DNA of 29,724 nucleotides from an uncultured Francisellaceae bacterium (GTDB lineage Bacteria; Pseudomonadota; Gammaproteobacteria; Francisellales; CACEW01): NCBI GenBank assembly GCA_905612315.1, contig CAJQSL010000089.1, positions 1 to 29,724 of the forward strand, read 5' to 3'. Shown piece by piece: positions 25,901 to 29,724 of this stretch (position 1 is its first letter; each line of letters starts with the position of its first letter). The notes under the pieces were generated by a model. It saw only the letters and a program-made list of their open reading frames with translations, ran no database searches and was not told where the DNA came from. The position numbers and the translations under genes were made by a program.

Positions 25901-26005
25901 TTGAGATAGTTTGACTATAGTTTGAGTTAATTTGCTAAGTTTCTTTCTTTTAGTTAGGAAAAATAGTATAATCATGACGTTTAAATATTGATTTTAGGAT
26001 GCAAT

Positions 26006-26965
26006 ATGAGTCAGTTATGGGTAGGACAAGATTTAGTCCATGTAGAGCAGCTTTCAAAAGAGCATATTAGTGCTTTATTAGATTTAACAAAAAAGTTTGA
26101 ATCTGGTTATAAAGACATAACTGAAATTAATAAATCAAAGAAAAAGCCTGTTATCGCAAGTTGTTTTTTCGAACCTTCAACTAGAACCAGATTATCTTTT
26201 GAGGCAGCAGCCCACAGAATTGGGGCTAATGTAATCGGTTTTTCCGATGCAAAAACCACATCTTCTGGGCAAAAAGGTGAGTCTTTACAAGATGCCATTA
26301 AAGTTATAAGTAGTTATGCGGATTTAATAATCATGCGCCACCCAAATGCTGGTAGTGCCAAACTAGCATCTATGGTTTCTAGTGTGCCAGTTATAAATGC
26401 AGGAGATGGCTCTAATCAGCACCCAACACAAACTTTATTAGATTTATATGCAATACAAAAAAGTCAAAATGGTAATTTAGATGATCTTAATATCTTAGTT
26501 ATGGGTGATTTGAAAAATGGCCGAACTGTACACTCTTTGGTACAAGCAATGCGTTTTTATAATCCAAGGTTTTATTTTGTATCGCCTAAAGCATTATCTC
26601 TACCTAAATCTTTATTAAATTGGCTAAGGGATAATGGAGTTAGGTTTTCATTGCACGCATCTAAATCCGAAGTTTTGCAATATGCTGATATTGCCTATGT
26701 CACAAGATTACAAAAAGAGAGATTAGATCTAAATTTAGATGATGATTTAATGCAGGCCGAGCAAAGTTACTTTGATCAATGCTGTTTAGGGATGGATGAT
26801 TTATCTGATGTTAGAGATAATTTCAAAATCCTACATCCGATGCCAAGAAAGGATGAGCTTCCCATCGAGCTTGATCAAACCAAATATGCGTATTATTTTG
26901 AGCAAGCCAAACTGGGAGTGCCGGTTAGAGCTGCTTTATTATCTTTAATTTTGGGAGATAGCTAA
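26006..26965 (+). CDS. pyrB: Aspartate carbamoyltransferase catalytic subunit
   Basis: STRTRLSFE and HPTQ motifs. Collinear with E. coli PyrB from ATG 26006 (MSQLWVGQDL...). The ORF-track start at 25988 is a TTG. Confidence 0.95.
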   Translation: MSQLWVGQDLVHVEQLSKEHISALLDLTKKFESGYKDITEINKSKKKPVIASCFFEPSTRTRLSFEAAAHRIGANVIGFSDAKTTSSGQKGESLQDAIKVISSYADLIIMRHPNAGSAKLASMVSSVPVINAGDGSNQHPTQTLLDLYAIQKSQNGNLDDLNILVMGDLKNGRTVHSLVQAMRFYNPRFYFVSPKALSLPKSLLNWLRDNGVRFSLHASKSEVLQYADIAYVTRLQKERLDLNLDDDLMQAEQSYFDQCCLGMDDLSDVRDNFKILHPMPRKDELPIELDQTKYAYYFEQAKLGVPVRAALLSLILGDS

Positions 26966-27465
26966 TGCCAACTGATGCAAAAAACTCTAAAGTTTTACAA
27001 GTAAGTGCGATTAAACAAGGAACAGTGATAGATCATATGCCAGAAGGTTCAGCTATTAAAGTATTAGAGTTATTTAATTTAGCATCTTTGAATAAAGATA
27101 AAGCGCCAAATCAAGCAACTCAAGTTACCGTCGGTATATATCTCAAATGTGAAAATGGCGTATTTAAAGATATTATCAAGCTTGAAAATAGGCAGTTAAC
27201 TGAGCAGGAGCTGGCAAATATTGCTGTATTTGCGCCAGATGCGACGATAAATCTTATTGAAGATTATGGCGTTGTTAAAAAGTTTAAAGTAAAAGTTCCA
27301 AATAAACTTAATGGGGTTTTAGCATGCCCAAATTCATCTTGTATAACTAATTGCGAGCAGACTCAAACATCATTTGATGTAACAGATGAAATTATGCAAT
27401 CAGGATCAAAGCGATGTTCTTTACGTTGTGTATATTGCGATCGTACTTTTGAGAAAGTTTTTTAA
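26965..27465 (+). CDS. pyrI: Aspartate carbamoyltransferase regulatory subunit
   Basis: 166 aa. Four Cys (CPNSSC...CVYC) form the zinc domain. A start/stop overlap (taATG) couples it to pyrB. Confidence 0.9.
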   Translation: MPTDAKNSKVLQVSAIKQGTVIDHMPEGSAIKVLELFNLASLNKDKAPNQATQVTVGIYLKCENGVFKDIIKLENRQLTEQELANIAVFAPDATINLIEDYGVVKKFKVKVPNKLNGVLACPNSSCITNCEQTQTSFDVTDEIMQSGSKRCSLRCVYCDRTFEKVF

Positions 27466-27541
27466 CGAGAGTTCGGCATAACAAAGACTGCGTTGGGTTT
27501 TCTTTCGTCTAACTCAGGTTTTTTAGATATTATTTCTGGTG

Positions 27542-27973
27542 TTATTTCTGGGCAACGCAAGCATTTCCTCTAAAAGAAGTATTAACGATAACTCCTTTCT
27601 TATTAAACTCAACCCAAGTAATACATTTGTATCTATAAGTGCCGCCGCCAGTTAGCACGCTTGGTACTTGAGTAATAGTTGTTGTGCTGCCAGCTGTTTT
27701 GACTGTTGTATAGCCACCAGTTTGGTATTGCGGGAAGTGAGTTACATTGTCCATAGAATAAACATACACATTATTGCCACTTGGTAGTTTCATGGTTTTA
27801 TTTGGGTATCCCCAATGTGAGATAAATTTATTGATATTCTTGCCATGCCATGAGTTTAGATTTTTTTGATATTGCTCAGTTGTGGCGCAGCTTGTTAGTA
27901 ATAAAGATAATATAATAGTACTAAGTAGAATTATTTTAGAGAAGATAGATTTTGATTTTATTATAACTTTCAT
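27542..27973 (-). CDS. Hypothetical lipoprotein
   Basis: 143 aa. Signal peptide with lipobox LLTSC, and a Thr/Gly-rich mature part. Confidence 0.6.
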   Translation of the reverse strand: MKVIIKSKSIFSKIILLSTIILSLLLTSCATTEQYQKNLNSWHGKNINKFISHWGYPNKTMKLPSGNNVYVYSMDNVTHFPQYQTGGYTTVKTAGSTTTITQVPSVLTGGGTYRYKCITWVEFNKKGVIVNTSFRGNACVAQK

Positions 27974-28021
27974 AATTAAGCCTTTTTATCAATAATAATT
28001 TATGATTTAAAGTGTATTTAG

Positions 28022-28504
28022 TTATAAATTTAACCAGGTTTCAAGAATTAAGCAAGCAGAAAGTGCATCTATTCTGTTTTTAGATTTTGATCTTTTGCTT
28101 CTGCTGGTGTTTGATCTTTGGTTGCTAACTTGAGTGTTTTGTAATCTGTTTTTTATATCATCTTTTATAGATTTTGAGCTTAAGTGTTCGTTTACATAAG
28201 TTATAGATAAGTTTGTTCTATTCGCTAATAGTTTTCCGAATTCTCTTGCCTTATTACTCATGGTGCTTTCGGATTGATCTGCATTAAGTGGCAAACCTAA
28301 GATGATTCCTTTCGGGCGCCATCTTTCAATTAAATCATCTATTTCTTTCCAGTTGTGTGGAACTCCTTCTTTGGCTTTTACAACTTTTATTGGGGTTGCA
28401 GTTTTGGTAAACTTTTGACCGACAGCAAAGCCTATATTATTTGTTCCGAAATCACACCCAAGCCAATATCCAACTGGGCCGGATAAATTGCTTTGATTTT
28501 CCAT
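28022..28504 (-). CDS. ruvX: Putative pre-16S rRNA nuclease / Holliday junction resolvase-like protein YqgF (RuvX) with a basic C-terminal extension
   Basis: LGCDFGTNNIGFAVGQ...GLPLN matches the YqgF/RuvX RNase H-like fold motifs. A 1-nt overlap couples it to upstream yqgE. Confidence 0.85.
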   Translation of the reverse strand: MENQSNLSGPVGYWLGCDFGTNNIGFAVGQKFTKTATPIKVVKAKEGVPHNWKEIDDLIERWRPKGIILGLPLNADQSESTMSNKAREFGKLLANRTNLSITYVNEHLSSKSIKDDIKNRLQNTQVSNQRSNTSRSKRSKSKNRIDALSACLILETWLNL

Positions 28505-29076
28505 TAAGCGTGACCCACTTCAGATGTTAATAATGAAATGGTTTTTATGCCTATGGATTGCGCGGTTTTTTGATATCTTAATTTTATCGGGGTGTTAAAT
28601 ATTATTTCAGAATCAAAGGGTGCTATTAGCCATAGGTTATCGTTTATTTCTTCTTGTATCTGGCCAGGCTCCCATCCAGAGCAGCCTAATGATATTAGAT
28701 AATCTTTAGGGCCAGATCCATTGGCTATACTTTTTATAATATCTTTTGATACCGTGACACTAACTTTTGAGCCTTGGTGTATGGTTGTTTGCCATTGGTC
28801 TGGCTCATCAGTTGAATGGATTATAAAACCATGTTCTTGTTGAATAGGGCCGCCGCAATAAATTACTGTTGGTTTTCTTTGTTCTGATTTTAGGCTAGAC
28901 ACCTTAAGTTTTAAGCTTTTGAGAAAATCTTTTGTTTGGCAATCAGCTTTTTTATTTATGACAATACCCATAGCACCATCGGTATTATCTTCGATGATAA
29001 AAACCACAGCTTCTTTGAAGTTGCTATCTGCTAGCTGTGGGGTTGCTAGTAAGTATTTGCCTGTAAGGTTGTCCAT
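28504..29076 (-). CDS. yqgE: YqgE/AlgH family protein (UPF0301)
   Basis: 190 aa. The N-terminus MDNLTGKYLLATPQLADSNFKEAVVFIIEDNTDGAMGIVINK is typical of AlgH/YqgE. Conserved yqgE-yqgF pair. Confidence 0.85.
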   Translation of the reverse strand: MDNLTGKYLLATPQLADSNFKEAVVFIIEDNTDGAMGIVINKKADCQTKDFLKSLKLKVSSLKSEQRKPTVIYCGGPIQQEHGFIIHSTDEPDQWQTTIHQGSKVSVTVSKDIIKSIANGSGPKDYLISLGCSGWEPGQIQEEINDNLWLIAPFDSEIIFNTPIKLRYQKTAQSIGIKTISLLTSEVGHA

Positions 29077-29146
29077 AAGGTGCTTCTTTTATTCTTTGCT
29101 TTGTTTTGTTATTATCTCACCTTATCTGGTAGTTGTTAATTAATTT

Positions 29147-29566
29147 TTGGAGAAAAGGATGTCACAAGATAAAATAAAATCTAAAATCTCTATAGCAATT
29201 GGGATTATTATTAATTCAGAAAACAAGGTTTGTTTAACTAAGCGCCAAGATCATCAAACTTATGCAAATTTTTGGGAATTCCCGGGTGGAAAGGTAGACT
29301 TAAACGAGAAATTAGAAGATGCTTTAATCCGAGAGCTTGAAGAAGAAATCGGCATAAAAGTTTCAAGCTTTGATTTTATAGATTGTTTATCAAGCAAAAC
29401 CCCATCGGGCAGGCCGCTTGATTTAAATTTTTATAAAATTAAAGATTATACTGGTGAGCCTAAATCTTGTGAGGGGCAGAAATTGGAGTGGGTCGCTTTG
29501 GATAGTTTAAAAGATTATAAATTATTACCGGCTAATAAGCCTATTCTGAAGGTTCTTTGTTCATAG
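29147..29566 (+). CDS. mutT: NUDIX hydrolase (MutT-like 8-oxo-dGTP diphosphatase)
   Basis: NUDIX box GGKVDLNEKLEDALIRELEEEIGI in a 139-aa protein. Confidence 0.75.
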   Translation: MEKRMSQDKIKSKISIAIGIIINSENKVCLTKRQDHQTYANFWEFPGGKVDLNEKLEDALIRELEEEIGIKVSSFDFIDCLSSKTPSGRPLDLNFYKIKDYTGEPKSCEGQKLEWVALDSLKDYKLLPANKPILKVLCS

Positions 29567-29594
29567 GTTAGTTTTGTATTCTATATTTTTTTCT

Positions 29595-29690
29595 TAATGC
29601 GCGAAACTTATCATTTTTTAGAACATTTCGCGCGATAAGGGCCTTTAATGCGCGAAAGTTTGTAAAAAAATAAACATTTCGCGTGATAGC
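29595..29690. repeat. Two tandem ~51-bp units, each an imperfect hairpin (taatgcgcgaaa ... atttcgcg[c/t]gata). They abut repeat-element copy C.
   Basis: ttaatgcgcgaaactta (29595), acatttcgcgcgataagg (29623), tttaatgcgcgaaagttt (29645) and acatttcgcgtgatagc (29674) are read directly. Confidence 0.6.
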
Positions 29691-29724
29691 TCACGTTACG
29701 CAAAAGAATACCCACTGCTGTCGT
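29686..29724. repeat. Dispersed intergenic repeat element, copy C (truncated by window end)
   Basis: atagctcacgttacgcaaaagaatacccactgctgtcgt matches the first ~40 nt of copy A (atagctcaccttacgcaaaaacatacccagtgcagtcatt). Confidence 0.7.

Overview
AT-rich (~35-38% GC by eye) chromosomal segment, most likely from a host-associated gammaproteobacterium (Legionellales-like). The assignment rests on gene content (lpxL, nhaD-type, yajQ, ruvB, tolQ, tolR, djlA, accA-tilS, pstS, pyrB-pyrI, yqgE-yqgF, mutT) and on the ruvB-tol synteny. Most of the window is ordinary housekeeping sequence. Four things stand out. (1) A 1341-aa composite protein (3098..7123): a disordered Gly/Ala/Ser-rich N-terminus, a ~520-aa beta-rich middle, an SPFH/band-7 domain, a ~290-aa Ala/Glu/Gln/Lys coiled coil, and a Met/Gln/Gly-rich tail. 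Its low-complexity parts are visibly more GC-rich than the flanking sequence. Its last ~100 nt reappear, at high DNA identity, inside a tiny ORF about 2 kb downstream. (2) A ~1.8-kb islet next to tRNA-Met(CAT), bounded by a 48-bp direct repeat that duplicates the tRNA 3' end. It has no integrase. It carries a DUF4143 AAA+ ATPase, whose near-consensus sigma70 promoter is overlaid by a perfect 12-bp inverted repeat. It also carries a cluster of TTCCATT/AATGGAAGG hairpin repeats and an 11-bp tandem duplication. (3) An outer-membrane beta-barrel gene whose signal peptide is knocked out of frame by an 11-nt poly(A) tract. This could be phase variation, transcriptional slippage, or an assembly error. 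(4) A dispersed ~100-bp intergenic repeat family with three copies, one flanked by tandem hairpin repeats. Also present are a DinJ-YafQ toxin-antitoxin pair, a Gly/Ala-rich orphan protein with a KRAR NLS-like motif, and several in-frame coding tandem repeats (DsbC-like, TilS).
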